A stretch of 64,000 nucleotides of DNA, taken from positions 64,001-128,000 of the forward strand of contig CAXXFV010000023.1 of the NCBI GenBank assembly GCA_963674595.2. Direction: 5' to 3'. Positions 63,674-64,000 of this stretch are shown in pieces. The notes beneath the pieces are model-generated. The model worked only from the letters and a program-made list of their open reading frames with translations, made no database searches and was not told where the DNA came from. This DNA is from a bacterium (lineage in GTDB: Bacteria > Zhuqueibacterota > Zhuqueibacteria > Residuimicrobiales > Krinioviventaceae). Each line of letters begins with the position of its first letter. Position 1 is the first letter of the stretch. The position numbers were made by a program, and so were the translations under genes.

Positions 63674-64000
63674 CTAGTCGTCTGCTTTCGCCTGTTTTGA
63701 GTCCCAGACCATATAAACACACAGTCCGATAAATAAAGCAAGAGCCAGCAGTTGGCCGGAATGGCTTTCCGCCCATTCTGTTGTAATAAGCGGGGCAATT
63801 ACACCAATTTTATCAAAGTTGATGAATTTCAAAAAGGCGGATAAAACACCCATAATAGCTCCACCGGCTATAAAACCGGAAGCAATCAAAGTACCGCGTT
63901 CACGGCGTTTAGCCTGTAATTTTTCATTTTGTGTGCTTTTGGCAACGAGATGAGCAATAATTCCACCGGCCAATATCGGTGTGTTCAGTTCAAGTGGAAT
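63674..64000 (-). CDS. OPT-family oligopeptide transporter, C-terminal part
   Basis: IPLELNTPILAGG, GTLIASGFIAGGAIMG. Confidence 0.85.
   Translation of the reverse strand: MPLELNTPILAGGIIAHLVAKSTQNEKLQAKRRERGTLIASGFIAGGAIMGVLSAFLKFINFDKIGVIAPLITTEWAESHSGQLLALALFIGLCVYMVWDSKQAKADD

Overview
A 64-kb bacterial chromosomal segment, AT-rich and Gram-negative in character (lipoproteins, an outer-membrane channel, a sigma54 activator, many secreted carbohydrate-active proteins). The phylum cannot be fixed from sequence alone. The core-looking parts encode an OmpR/HK two-component system divergent from an ABC-2 exporter operon, DUF2809/DUF72/DUF4954/nagB, GH20-fold, GH3 and GH127 hydrolases, an NCS2 permease with a Tsx-like channel, a K+ channel with a sigma54 activator and its target promoter, and a giant PQQ-propeller protein. 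Several more AT-rich accessory patches are interspersed. (i) A KAP-family NTPase is split by an intact IS3-type element with resolvable IRs, a 5-bp TSD and a -1 frameshift signal. (ii) A RAYT HUH transposase is flanked by REPs, and a deleted copy lies 9 kb away. (iii) An island next to a Xer-like recombinase with a dif-like site carries a D-Ala-D-Ala-ligase-like ATP-grasp enzyme, a dTMP kinase and a convergent STAND-like NTPase-TPR gene. (iv) A run of orphan lipoprotein genes is separated by palindromic remnants. Three observations stand out: the ATP-grasp/Tmk/NTPase-TPR module (candidate conflict or defence system); a ~150-240-bp non-coding element, present in 4 copies plus 1 partial copy, carrying a sigma70 promoter and a foldable leader and always lying upstream of accessory genes near RAYT/REP sequence; and a TusE/DsrC-like domain fused to a cysteine desulfurase beside DUF169. 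Several genes have single-base homopolymer frameshifts that are probably assembly errors. No rRNA, tRNA or CRISPR array was seen.
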